Shown: positions 12,301 to 27,300, counted from the first letter of the stretch. The stretch: 64,000 nucleotides of DNA from Haliotis cracherodii (GCF_022045235.1 NW_027266264.1:56668001-56732000); one strand, 5' to 3'. Notes: generated by a model from the letters alone, not told the origin. Numbers and translations are program-made.

Positions 12301-15300
12301 AGTTCAAAGGCAAATACATAAAGTTAACTTCTGATCTCAGGCCCTTTGACACATTTCTGCCAAACTGTGATGATCTTGTTATTAATTCTAGAATTTCCAA
12401 AAGAAAACGATAACTTAATTTCACAACAATCTGACATTCTCTGCACCCAAAAAGACCTAAACAGAAAACGTTAATGCCAGAAAATAATCAGCCTTGATTA
12501 TCTGCCAAACAGGCAAAAAAGTATACTGAATAAAAGTGACGACACCAGGTGTTTGTGAAAAGGGCAAGCATGTCCTTCTCTACCGGTAGCACCCGCCATT
12601 CACACAATTTGCCTTAAAAGGTAAAGTGTTTGTTAAATTTTATGTCACCTGTTGATAATGCTGCACAGCAATACTAAAATTTTCCATGTATATTTCTAAA
12701 TATTTACATGATAAGGAACATTATTCTTTTTAAGGATGGTTGGCATTCAACATTCCTTGTTGGTTTAACCAACCTACATGGAATGCTACATGAAAAACCT
12801 GTTAAAGTTGCAAGCTACTAATTTGGATCTGTCAGCTTCCTTATTGGAACAGGATTGTCCGACTTATGACAGCAGATGACAGATCAGCTAGGTGGTATAG
12901 CCTCGTGGTTAACCCTTAGGCTGCATGTCGCGACAAGACTTGTGCAGCCCTATCGAGCATGGCAGAGCATGTCGTGACCAAGTTTGGTTGAGATATCTCT
13001 CATGGTTTTTGAGTTCACGAAAACGTGATGGATGGACAGCACCCATTCCTATATCCCCCTTCCACTTCGTGACGGGGGATAATATACCTGCCACCTCCAT
13101 CAACACTCACCTGGCGGGCTAGTGCTATAGCCCCAGTAGTTGTCCAGACATGTGTTGCAGCTCCTTCCCCCAACCCCAGGATAACAGGGACAACTGCCAT
13201 TGTACCGGTCACACACAGCGTCGGTCGATCCTGTTGAGTTGCACTCACATACTGGAATATTAAATATTAAATATTCATTGTTGTACAAGGAATGTCAGCA
13301 CCACCTTTGTGTGTATGATACAGTCAAATCTTATACTCACAATCACAAGCATTCGTCACCGAGTTCCGATAGAAGCCAGTTATGCAGAGTTCGCAGTGGT
13401 TTCCTGTTGTGTTGGAGTCACAGCCATTACATATTCCTGTGACTGTATCACAGATATCAGTCCTGTTGTTGCAGTCACACGCTGTGCAGCTTCCGGTTCC
13501 AGGGATTGATGGCTGACCGTAGTGGAACGGTTTACACCTGACAAAGGGAACAGCATTTTGTGACTCACCTCATGTCAATTAAGTCAAGGAGTAGAAACTA
13601 TGAAAACTGAATATCAAATGCTGACTGGACATTTAGATGTGAAACTGAATTGTTTTGTAGGTCCCATCAAGTTCAGCTGCTATAGTCTAGAGAGGAATTT
13701 AACTTTTACAACCAGTCCTAGAGAATATATTGGCTGTTAGAATAATCACCTCCAGAGTTAGAGAGGAAGCTGCAAATATTAAAAGATAGTTACTATTGTT
13801 AATAATTTGAAGAATACTACCTCTATCAGATTTGTGCCAGAAATCCTGTTTTTCAGCTGTCATCACACTATAAAATCTTAATATTTTCAACAGAAGTCCT
13901 CTTTACTGTGAACTATCCATGACCAGTTGAGACACTAATATTAGCAGGTGAACAGGTTTAGGAAGGGAGGTGCTATTAGTATCTTGACTGGTTATGGATG
14001 GTTGACAGTTAAGAGGACTTCTTTTGAAACTCTCAAGATAAAGTAGTGTTACAACAGTGTAAAAAGAGGATTTCTGGCACTGATGCAAAAGAAGATTAGT
14101 ATTCTAAAGAACTACAGCAAAGACATTGTATATACGTCTTTGACTACAGATAATACTACAATGTACTGACTTGTCACAATGGTCGCCTGTGTATTCCGGG
14201 TTACAGAAACACTTAATGACACTGGCTTCCTTGTAGCAAGTTGTGTTTACAACTCGTGGGTCATAACACGGACACTGGCTGCAGTCGTTTGGATTCCCAA
14301 TGGTAGCGTTACCATAGTAACCAGGTTTACACATCTCACAATTTGCACCTGAAACAGTCAAACATATTTTCTATTAAACTTCGAAAATGATGGATTACTT
14401 TCTTGTGAATGAGTCCTGTAAGTTTGTAAGTTGTCTAACATTTGTTCCCTCGATTTGGACATGTAACAGTGATTAAATATCCATTTTACATAATGGAATT
14501 TGAACCACTGACTTTCTGAATCGAGGTCAGACGCCTTGTCCACATGGCCAAAGAGGTTAATCCCATTAGCAAACTGACATGGTACAGATGTCAGCTGTGG
14601 GATGACTCCCTGCTACAGATGGATAATCTCTAATCTTTGTAGCTCTTTAGTGCTTTAAGTCAGTATTTCATCTTCAGATGAAACAAATTGAGTTCATGTG
14701 ATGCAAGTTCCTGCGGCTACCTGTGGTTTGATGCTGACAGTCGAGACAGTTCCCGGTGTTGGGGTCACAGGTAGAGGCATGGTTATTACAGGTGCAAGGT
14801 TCACACACACCCAGATACTCATGGCCGGTCACGTTGGCACGCTTGAAGCCTGTTGCACAACTCTGAAGAGGAAACATTACCACTCACGCCATGTTCGACA
14901 AGGAAATTATAGACCTATGTCCATCATAACTGTACACTTTAACATTGACCTATAATGGCTATATTACGCTAAGAGTGTTTTGTGGAACAAGATCCAGGGT
15001 GTCGTTTTACAAAACAACCTCAGCGCTATGATCGTCATAAGTCTATGTTTAGGTATGGTAGTTACGATCACTTTAGCGCTAAGATCACTTTGTACAACAG
15101 CACCTTGGATGTCCAATGTCACTTGAGAGTATAATGCACGAATAACTAGGGCTGCAACGAAACACCTAGATCACGATACGATACATATCTCGGTATTTAC
15201 ATCACGATTCGATACGTATCTCAATACGCGACGATACACATAATGACAAGAGAAGACAAAAGATAAATGAATTAGTTTATTAAAATGAAAAATAAAAATG

Positions 15301-18300
15301 AAAGTGAATGAATTTTCATGAGTCATAAAATATGTACTGTAATGAGTATTTGAACTTAATCATCTGACATTTCCATGTAATGGCAAGCAACCAGAAAAAG
15401 TAACAGTCCTACATATTTGTGAGTTGTGACTAGATAGTAATGTCTATAATTGGGTGATGGCTGCGTATGTGAGTTGTCATGTTTGTCGTGCTGCCCGTCT
15501 ATTACAACATTGCATGACACATGCGACAGCACGTTTGATCTTTGCACACGTGTTTGATTCCATCTTCAAATGTTACTAGGAACCCGAAATGTTCCCAAAC
15601 TACTGATTTGTGAATCCCCGGTGGTCTCTCCAGCAAAGGACAAGCGTCTGCTTTTTCCGACATGTTTGAGTTAGAGACCGCTCAGCCAATCAGAAAGCTT
15701 GAACTGCTGCTGATATACAAAGCTAGCATACCCGCTGTATTTTTGAAGACGTACATGTGTGAAGAGAAAATTATATTTTCCCTACTTTTTATGACTCGAA
15801 TGTTCGAATTTGAAATTAATTTAAAAACCATTTAAAATGTATCTGTGATAGAAGTTTATTAAAAAAAAATGTATCATGGAAAATCGAGATACAGCACCTT
15901 ACAAACTGTGCACCATATCGTATAGAGTGAATCGCGATGCATCGGTGTCCCGGGATATCGTTTCAGCCCTATGAATAACCCAGTGACGTGAGAAACAACA
16001 CATCTCATGACAGGTCATTCTATTTCAATGATCTGTCAACATTTAATATATGAGCCCTTTAGGCTTGAAAAAATAATAGTCTTGGTTCTCAGGCACCACC
16101 CACTTCATCAGAAAGTCTACCGCATGTTTCGTTTTATTTCCATTTGAATTCCTTTTTAAAACCCTAACACCGCCCATTGCATTATAGTTTAACAAAATAT
16201 TGTGTGTCTGCTGAAGTATATAAGTACAACAACCACTGGGCCATCAAAAAAAATAAAAACATTCTCCTTTGTCCTTATTTATTCCCTTTCTGCTTAGCAG
16301 TCATTATCATGCACCACAATGTTACAAACCTCGCACGACAGTCCTGTATATCCTGTTCCACATTCACATTTCTCGACACTACTTGCTACAAGGCCCACAG
16401 CACCATCTAAACTGTACTCAAGACGTGACAAGCTGCAATGATAGAAGGTCTATAGTTAAGAAGGGGCACGTACAACACGAGACGACAGCTAGGTCAAAGT
16501 GCAGACAAGAATATTCAGCTAGTCAAATCCTGCACAACCTCCTTGTTATCATGATAAAGTTTCTGGTTTGCAAAAGAAGAAAAATAATACTATGAAGTGT
16601 ATAATGTAATATCAGTGAAAAGCTAACTAAACTAATAGTGAGGTTTCAAGTTAAAAAATGAAAAATGGTTTTATGAAGGTGAAAAAAATGTATCTTTGTC
16701 ATTTTATTAATATTTGGCCGTTACTTTAAGTAAAACTTTATTATGGGCTAAACATACCCAGGATGCAGCATCTTAAGCAAGAGAAGTGGAATGAGAGCAC
16801 TGTATCAACTTGAACCAATTCGTTTTGATTTATTTTTCACAATTTTTATAGAAAAGAAGTGCCAATTCTTTTATTCAGATTTGGAATAGACAAGTTATGA
16901 AGTTTTGAAACTATCCACATCCTGGCATATTAACAATCCCTATAGTCATCATCACTTGAAATAGAATCACAAAATATTGCAATTATTAATTAATGAACAT
17001 TGAAGCATTAATTCCAATACTTATAAAATAAAAAAAAAGCCATTACTGCAATTTTGGTAGGGATAAACATCACTGGGCTTTGATCACATGGTTACAATCT
17101 GGGTACGGATCGGTAGTCAGGTGACTTCGAGTGATTATATATAGCATTGCGTGCATTTTGAACTTGGTTAATAGCAGTTTAAATACTACATCTGCACAAT
17201 TTTTACTATCAGTTCGTGCTGGTAAGGTACGTACACTGCACATGCAGTTAAATATAGCTGCTTGAAGTCAACTGACTGCCAATCCTAGCCCGAATTGTAA
17301 CATGATCAGAAATGATAGTCATCGATAGTAAAATGGGTATTTCTTGAGAAGGGCACTTTGCAATTTTGGTCATTACTCTATGTAATATTTCTTATCGTCA
17401 GATAAGGTTTTCACCTAATTATTACCAGCACACGTGCAGCTGTCTTTGTTAATTACCGTATTCGACGTAATAAGCGCCCAGGGTGCCCTTAAATTTAGAA
17501 ATAGGGAGCTCTTATTAGAATGTTATTTTGGTGAAAAAAACAGAGTTAAAAGATAAATCTCGTGGTTTATGCTGACAGCCTGAAATGATTATGTATGACA
17601 GATATATTTTTCCAGAATTAAATTCCCCATAATTAAAGGTGCATAAAACACATGAGTGTGTATTATACGCAAATAAAAAAGTCTTGTGTACATTGATCAA
17701 TTGGAAGGGGTGCTAATTGGGATTGTTCACTAGCCAATATCTTAGCAAATGTCGCCATGGGGCACTTATTAGAGCGGGGCGCTTATTACGCCGAATACGG
17801 TATATATTTTCGCGATTCTATTTCAAGGACTATAGTCGTCAGTGCCGAATCACATTGCTTTTGGCGAATGTGGAAGATATCCTCAATATGGTTTTGCACA
17901 TACATGAGTACTGACCTATTGGACTAAATTAATGAATATGCCCAATTTAAGATATCACAAAAAATATTTTCAAATGCTATTACAAGCAAATAATAAATGT
18001 AAATGTAAATGGTTCTCAAAATTCCTTCTTCAATTTGGCTTTGAATAGCTGTGGAAATCACAGTTTGTATACCATAAAGAATGTTTTGCTGGAGAATATC
18101 TGTTCATTTGAGCTAAACTGACCTCTTTCAACTTTTGTATTACATTATCACAATTTTGTTGTTCCGGTAGTTTGTATCATCTGTGTCTGTGAAAGCAGCA
18201 TATATCATAGAACTTACTAAGACACATGATCCGTGTCTGTGAAAGCAGCATATATCATAGAACTTACTAAGACACATGATCTGTGTCTGTGAAAGCAGCA

Positions 18301-21300
18301 TATATCATAGAACTTACTAAGACACATGATCCGTGTCTGTGAAAGCAGCATATATCATAGAACTTACTAAGACACATGATCCGTGTCTGTGAAAGCAGCA
18401 TATATCATAGAACTTACTAAGACACATGATCTGTGTCTGTGAAAGCAGCATATATCATAGAACTTACTAAGACACATGATCCGTGTCTGTGAAAGCAGCA
18501 TATATCATAGAACTTACTAAGACACATGATCCGTGTCTGTGAAAGCAGCATATATCATAGAACTTACTAAGACACATGATCCGTGTCTGTGAAAGCAGCA
18601 TATATCATAGAACTTACTAAGACACATGATCCGTGTCTGTGAAAGCAGCATATATCATAGAACTTACTAAGACACATGATCTGTGTCTGTGAAAGCAGCA
18701 TATATCATAGAACTTACTAAGACACATGATCCGTGTCTGTGAAAGCAGCATATATCATAGAACTTACTAAGACACATGATCCGTGTCTGTGAAAGCAGCA
18801 TATATCATAGAACTTACTAAGACACATGATCCGTGTCTGTGAAAGCAGCATATATCATAGAACTTACTAAGACACATGATCCGTGTCTGTGAAAGCAGCA
18901 TATATCATAGAACTTACTAAGACACATGATCCGTGTCTGTGAAAGCAGCATATATCATAGAACTTACTAAGACACATGATCTGTGTCTGTGAAAGCAGCA
19001 TATATCATAGAACTTACTAAGACACATGATCCGTGTCTGTGAAAGCAGCATATATCATAGAACTTACTAAGACACATGATCCGTGTCTGTGAAAGCAGCA
19101 TATATCATAGAACTTACTAAGACACATGATCCGTGTCTGTGAAAGCAGCATATATCATAGAACTTACTAAGACACATGATCCGTGTCTGTGAAAGCAGCA
19201 TATATCATAGAACTTACTAAGACACATGATCCGTGTCTGTGAAAGCAGCATATATCATAGAACTTACTAAGACACATGATCCGTGTCTGTGAAAGCAGCA
19301 TATATCATAGAACTTACTAAGACACATGATCCGTGTCTGTGAAAGCAGCATATATCATAGAACTTACTAAGACACATGATCCGTGTCTGTGAAAGCAGCA
19401 TATATCATAGAACTTACTAAGACACATGATCCGTGTCTGTGAAAGCAGCATATATCATAGAACTTACTAAGACACATGATCCGTGTCTGTGAAAGCAGCA
19501 TATATCATAGAACTTACTAAGACACATGATCCGTGTCTGTGAAAGCAGCATATATCATAGAACTTACTAAGACACATGATCCGTGTCTGTGAAAGCAGCA
19601 TATATCATAGAACTTACTAAGACACATGATCCGTGTCTGTGAAAGCAGCATATATCATAGAACTTACTAAGACACATGATCCGTGTCTGTGAAAGCAGCA
19701 TATATCATAGAACTTACTAAGACACATGATCCGTGTCTGTGAAAGCAGCATATATCATAGAACTTACTAAGACACATGATCTGTGTCTGTGAAAGCAGCA
19801 TATATCATAGAACTTACTAAGACACATGATCCGTGTCTGTGAAAGCAGCATATATCATAGAACTTACTAAGACACATGATCCGTGTCTGTGAAAGCAGCA
19901 TATATCATAGAACTTACTAAGACACATGATCTGTGTCTGTGAAAGCAGCATATATCATAGAACTTACTAAGACACATGATCCGTGTCTGTGAAAGCAGCA
20001 TATATCATAGAACTTACTAAGACACATGATCCGTGTCTGTGAAAGCAGCATATATCATAGAACTTACTAAGACACATGATCCGTGTCTGTGAAAGCAGCA
20101 TATATCATAGAACTTACTAAGACACATGATCTGTGTCTGTGAAAACAGAATATAGCATAGAACTTACTAAGACACATGATCCGTGTCTGTGAAAACAGAA
20201 TATAGCATAGAACTTACTAAGACACATGATCTGTGTCTGTGAAAACAGAATATAGCATAGAACTTACAAAGACACATGATCTGTGTCTGTGAAAGCAGCA
20301 GGAACCAAAATGACTTCAACGTTTGTAAGAGCCAGCAAAAATTGTCCCCGTGTAACGGCAGAACCATTTTCCCACTTCCATTCAGCCTCTATCAAGCCTA
20401 TGTCGATTTTGGCTGTAACATTCACCGCCAGAGCATTAATGTCATGAACAAGTCGCCTCTTGTCTCGTCCAATCAAAATTGCTGTTGCTGGGGTTCCCAC
20501 TGCTACAACAGGCTCGACCTTGACCTCAACCTTGATGGTGGTCCCGTAGACGGGCAGCAGTGACCCTGTGAGCTGTGGAACTCTCCAATACACATTGCCT
20601 GCTGCACTTATGACTGTCCTGACAGACACGTGGTTCGTGGCTGGATCGGTGAAAGAGGTCACCAACTGGGATGCGTTGGTAACACCATCTTTATCTGCCA
20701 CTGATACTGTCGGTGTCAGCTGTCCTTGAGATGACTCAACAAGTGTGGCAGTTTTCTGAAATAGGAAATCCAGGATTTCGAGCACTTCAAGATTTAATTT
20801 TGACATTTAACAGAAACTTCTATACTGAAGGAACCCACCTAGCTGTAGCTGTGCAGGAAAAGAAGGGGTACATATTGTGATCACAAATTATAAACATACA
20901 AAGCTTGACGAATTCATGGTAGTCATGCTATTTGTTGAAAATATATCATCAATGTAAATGAGTACCGTATTCGACGTAATAAGCGTCCCGCTCTAATAAG
21001 CGCCCATGGCGATATTTACTAATATATTGGCTAGTGAACAATCCCAAGTAGCACCCCTTCCGATTGATCAATGTACACAAGATTTATTTATTCGTGTATA
21101 ATACGCAATCGTGTGTTATATGCACCCTTATTATGGGCAATAAAACAGTATATAAACAGTTCAGGACGTCAGCATAAACCACCAAATTGATCTTTCCACT
21201 CTGTTTTTTCCCACCAAAATAATATTCTAATAAGAGCCCCATATTTCTAATTTTGAGAGTGCCCTGGGTGTTTATTACGTCGAATACGGTATGTCATTCG

Positions 21301-24300
21301 TCCCAATGGAGACATGTCTAGTCTGTTTCTGAAAGAGAGCTGCACAACCCTTAAACTCAATTTGATCAGCATAGGAGAATCTTCAGTACTGTTGGATTCA
21401 ACAACAAGACATACATCTTCTGCCTATGACACATCTGACAGCAGAATGTTATGAACAATATTGTGATGATGCTAAGGGTTCCTTTTTAGAAATATTATGA
21501 TGCATTATTCAAAATCACATGATCCTGCATGAACTATTCTACGACTATTAAAATGGAGCCGTGTGTACATACCAACTCTTGTCTGCTCGTGGAGCTGGAA
21601 CACTGGGACGTGATGCCTGTGCATACACAGTCAAGACAGCCTTTAGTATTGTTGCCATGGAGATAGAAGGATCCTGCTTTACACTGGTTGCACAGCAACC
21701 CCTCAGCATTGGCCTGAAGCATAAAACATCATCAAGTCAGGTCAGAGGAGACTGTGTCCAGTCAACACATCAACATCATCAAGTCAGGTCCTACATTCAC
21801 TGTGTCCAGTCAACACATCAACATCATCAAGTCAGGTCCTACATTCACTGTGTCCAGTCAACACATCAACATCATCAAGTCAGGTCCTACATTCACTGTG
21901 TCCAGTCAACACATCAACATCATCAAGTCAGGTGAGAGGACACTGTGTCCAGTCAACACATTCACATCATCAAGTCAGGTGAGAGGACACTGTGTCCAGT
22001 CAACACATTCACATCATCAAGTCAGGTGAGAGGACACTTTGTCCAGTCAACACATTCACATAATCAAGTCAGGTCCTACATTCACTGTGTCCAGTAAACA
22101 CATTCACATCATCAAGTCAGGTCAGAGGACACTGTGTCCAGTCAACACATCAACATCATCAAGTCAGGTCCTACATTCACTGTGTCCTGTCAACACATCA
22201 ACATCATCAAGTCAGGTGAGAGGACACTGTGTCCAGTCAACACATTCACATCATCAAGTCAGGTCCTACATTCACTGTGTCCTGTCAACACATTCACATC
22301 ATCAAGTCAGGTGAGAGGACACTGTGTCCAGTCAACACAATCATATCATCAAGTCAGGTCCTACATTCACTGTGTCCAGTCAGCACATCAACATCATCAA
22401 GCCAGGTCCTACATTCACTGTGTCCAGTCAACACATTCACATCATCAAGTCAGGTCCTACATTCACTGTGTCCAGTCAACACATTCACATCATCAAGCCA
22501 GGTCCTACATTCACTGTGTCCAGTCAACACATTCACATCATCAAGTCAGGTCCTACATTCACTGTGTCCAGTCAACACATCAACATCATCAAGTCAGGTC
22601 CTACATTCACTGTGTCCAGTCAACACATCAACATCATCAAGCCAGGTGAGAGGACACTGTGTCCAGTCAACACATCAACATCATCAAGTCAGGTGAGAGG
22701 ACACTGTGTCCAGTCAACACATTCACATCATCAAGTCAGGTCAGAGGACACTGTGTCCAGTCAACACATCAACATCATCAAGTCAGGTCCTACATTCACT
22801 GTGTCCAGTCAACACATTCACATCATCAAGTCAGGTGAGAGGACACTGTGCCCAGTCAACACATTCACATCATCAAGCCAGGTCCTACATTCACTGTGTC
22901 CAGTCAAACATTCACATCATCAAGTCAGGTGAGAGGACACTGTGTCCAGTCAACACATCAACATCATCAAGTCAGGTCCTACATTCACTGTGTCCAGTCA
23001 ACACATTCACATCATCAAGTCAGGTCAGAGGACACTGTGTCCAGTCAACACATCAACATCATCAAGTCAGGTCCTACATTCACTGTGTCCAGTCAACACA
23101 TTCACATCATCAAGTCAGGTCCTACATCCACTGTGTCCAGTCAACACATCAACATCATCAAGTCAGGTGAGAGGACACTGTGTCCAGTCAACACATTCAC
23201 ATCATCAAGTCAGGTGAGAGGACACTGTGTCCAGTCAACACATCAACATCATCAAGTCAGGTCCTACATTCACTGTGTCCAGTCAACACATCAACATCAT
23301 CAAGTCAGGACCTACATTCACCGTGTCACGTCAACACATTCACGTCTCCAAGTCAGGTCCTACATTCATTGTGTCCAGTAAGGCAGGCATTGGAGGAACC
23401 AAGTGGTGAAAGTGTTTGCCTTCCAACATGGGTCAATGTGTGAAACCCATTTCTGATGGCCTTGCTATGATTATTACTCAAATACCCCTGTGCCTGTCAC
23501 TGACTGAAAGTGTTTAATAATCCAGGCAGTGTTGCCCATGACAAGAACTGCTCACCTTGCAGGAACATTGACCTGTTGCCTTGTCACACACAGTGGAGTT
23601 GGAGCCGGTGCTGTCACAATTGCAGGGACTGCATCCCAGGCTGCTGAAGCCGGTGAACGTGTCCGCACACTCATGACACTTGTCTCCCTGTACACCTGTC
23701 TTACAGGAACACACCCCAGTCGTGCTGTTACACCATGTCCGCTGGGATCCAGTGGTGTTGCAGTTGCATTCCTGTTGTCGTACAACACAGATTTATCAGT
23801 ACTTGATATACTTACAAAAATACCAACATCAATTCAGTGTTCACTCTTGCCAAACTAGGCTGGAATTATGGAGTTATATTTTGGCTGGACTAACAAGTGC
23901 ATAATCCAATCAAATCGCATAACAAAAAGCACATGCGTAAACTGCTGTGCAGATTTCAGTTGATCGTAGGACTTGCAAAGCATGTGTACCGCCAGCTTGA
24001 CGTCAGCATATATTTTTCCAGATTTTGTTTTGTTTTTAATCAAGGTGCTCATGTGATTTGATGCACTTTATATTACAATATAAATTTTGATTATCGATTA
24101 GCTTGTTTTGAATGGGCGACACCATTTTGTTTGAAGCAAATGCAAGTGATATGAGAGGTAGAAAATCATTGGTCAATAGGAAGGACATAGAAGGAACATA
24201 ACTTATGATAGCCACTGGTGGCACGACGATTGAGCCCAGATTTTCCAGCCTAGTTCGGCTCTTGTCTCCGGAAGATGTATCAGTACTTGATGTACTTATA

Positions 24301-27300
24301 AAATTATCAACATCAATTCAGACTTATCAGTGCTTGATATACTTGACATAAGTGGGTGGATGTGACAGGAAGTGGGTGGATGTGGCAGGAAGTGGGTGAA
24401 TGTGACAGGAAGTGGGTGGATGTGACAGGAAGTGGGTGGATGTGACAGGAAGTGGGTGAATGTGACAGGAAGTGGTCGAATGTGACAGGAAGTGGGTGAA
24501 TGTGACAGGAAGTGGGTGAATGTGGCAGGAAGTGGGTGAATGTGGCAGGAAGTGGGTGAATGTGACAGGAAGTGGGTGAATGTGACAGGAAGTGGGTGAA
24601 TGTGACAGGAAGTGGGTGAATGTGGCAGAATGTGGGTGAATGTGGCAGGATGTGGGTGAATGTGGCAGGAAGTGGGTGAATGTGACAGGAAGTGGGTGAA
24701 TGTGACAGGAATTGGGTGGATGTAACAGGAAGTGGGTGAATGTGGCAGGAAGTGGGTGAATGTGACAGGAAGTGGGTGAATGTGACAGGAATTGGGTGGA
24801 TGAAACAGGAAGTGGGTGAATGTGGCAGGAAGTGGGTGAATGTGACAGGAAGTGGGTGAATGTGACAGGAAGTGGGTGAATGTGGCAGGATGTGGGTGAA
24901 TGTGGCAGGAAGTGGGTGAATGTGACAGGAAGTGGGTGAATGTGACAGGAAGTGGGTGAACGTGGCAGGAAATGGGTGAATGTGACAGGAAGTGGGTGAA
25001 TGTGACAGGAAGTGGGTGCATGTGACAGGTTGTGGGTGAATGTGGCAGGAAGTCGGTGAATGTGGCAGGAAGTCGGTGAATGTGACAGGAAGTGGTGAAT
25101 GTGACAGGAAGTGGGTGAATGTGACAGGAAGTGGGTGAATGTGACAGGAAGTGGATGAATGTGACAGGAAGTGGGTGAATGTGACAGGAAGTGGGTGAAT
25201 GTGACGTACAGGATGTGGGTGAATGTGGCAGGAAGTGGGTGAATGTGGCAGGAAGTGGGTGAATGTGACAAGAAGTGGGTGAATGTGACAGGAAGTTGGT
25301 GCATGTGACAGGATGTGGGTGAATGTGGCAGGAAGTGGGTGAATGTGGCAGGAAGTGGGTGAATGTGACAGGAAGTGGTGAATGTGACAGGAAGTGGGTG
25401 AATGTGACAGGAAGTGGGTGAATGTGACAGGAAGTGGATGAATGTGACAGGAAGTGGGTGAATGTGACAGGAAGTGGGTGAATGTGACAGGATGTGGGTG
25501 AATGTGACAGGAAGTGGGTGGATGTGGCAGGAAGTGAGTGGATGTGACAGGAAGTGGGTGAATGTGACAGGAAGTGGGTGGATGTGGCAGGAAGTGGGTG
25601 AATGTGACAGGAAGTGGGTGGATGTGGCAGGAAGTCGGTGGATGTGACAGGAAGTGGGTGAATGTGACAGGAAGTGGGTGGATGTGGCAGGAAGTGGGTG
25701 AATGTGACAGGGAGTGGGTGAATGTGACAGGAAGTGGGTGAATGTAAGTGGGTGAATGTGACAGGAAGTGGGTGAATGTGACAGGAAGTGGGTGAATGTG
25801 ACAAGAAGTGGGTGAATGTGACAGGAAGTGGGTGAATGTGACAGGGAGTGGGTGAATGTGACAGGAAGTGGGTGAATGTAAGTGGGTGAATGTGACAGGA
25901 AGTGGGTGAATGTGACAGGAAGAGGGTGAATGTGACAGGAAGGGGGTGAATGTGACAGGAAGTGGGTGAATGTGACAGGAAGGGGGTGAATGTGACAGGA
26001 AGTGGGTGGATGTGACAGGAAGTGGGTGCATGTGACAGGAAGTGGGTGAATGTGACAAGAAGTGGATGAATGTGACAGGAAGTTGGTGCATGTGACAGGA
26101 AGTGGGTGAATGTGACAGGAAGTGGGTGAATGTGACAGGAAGTGGGTGGATGTGACAGGAAGTGGGTGAATGTGACAGGAAGTGGGTGAATGTGACAGGA
26201 AGTGGGTGGATGTGACCGGAAGTAGGTGGATGTGACAGGACAGTGACAGAAAGTGAATATATGTGACAGGAAGTTGTCAGGAATTCAGAATGATAGCAGG
26301 TGACAAAAGGTGACACGTAGGTGAGTGATGTGACCTTGCATCCAGTTGTTGCATTCCAGCCCCACATGTTGAAGTTACACAAGTCACAACGGAGGCCGAT
26401 AGTGTTGGGAGGACAGTCACACTGGCCCGTCACTGCATCACACACGACATTGCTGGATGCACAGTTGCAGCCTGGATAAGGAGAAAGTTGCATCAGTGAA
26501 CATCAGCTGAAATCACTAACTTTTCATGATTATTATAAAGCTGATCAGTGCAATGGGTTGCTGAAGAAAAATGCCAGCATTACATTGGAGGAACTCACCA
26601 TTGCTGACAAAAAAATGTTGGTTTTCTTTCCTTGTTGTTACATGTCAGCAATATTTCAGCTGTATCATACTCTAGTCTGGGCCTAACGAACCAGTGGTCA
26701 AAACAATTTACAAGACTGGTCCAGTTTATGCACCTCTTATGACAAGCATGAGAATGGTGGGACCTAATCTAACATAGGTCATCACGGTGACAAGCAATAG
26801 GGGACCTATTCTACCCCTAATGGATAAATGTGTCCATTCTATATAACGACACTGGTTTCTGTCACAAGTTTATTTGTTCAACATGATATTACTTACTTAC
26901 TATTGGAGATTTAACATGTACTTTCCGACATTATGAGTATTTCGCACATGGGCCCGCCAGGCCATTTAGTGAGATTGCCAAGGAGGGTGTGTCCGAAAGG
27001 TGAGGCAACCTGGGGGGAGCTTAGGTTGCTTATTTTCAATTTTGAGAAATTTGGAAATTGGAAAGTTGGTGGTGTAAGGTGGAGGGACGCATGATATTCC
27101 TACTACTGACCTTTATATCAATGAAATATGTTTAAAACAAACACACTCTCAGTGAATTCCCCTTACTTGAACAGCCAGCATCAGTGAGCTGGTAGAAGCC
27201 GGCCTGGCACTTGTCACACGCCCTTCCTGTCACTCCACCCTTACACTGGCACTGCCCACCAAAGGGATCACAGGATGCAGCGGACCTGCCTAGCTGGCTG

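Noticed and set aside
18178-20300. CRISPR-like regular array
   Set aside because: No unique spacers, eukaryotic context; a plain tandem repeat.
21561-23443. Cluster of plus-strand repetitive ORFs
   Set aside because: Artefacts of the 47/48-bp repeat, antisense to the gene.
24296-26334. Long His/Pro/Thr-rich ORFs (502, 726, 325 aa)
   Set aside because: Translations of a stop-free 20-bp minisatellite, open in all three frames. Only 26335-26471 is a real exon.
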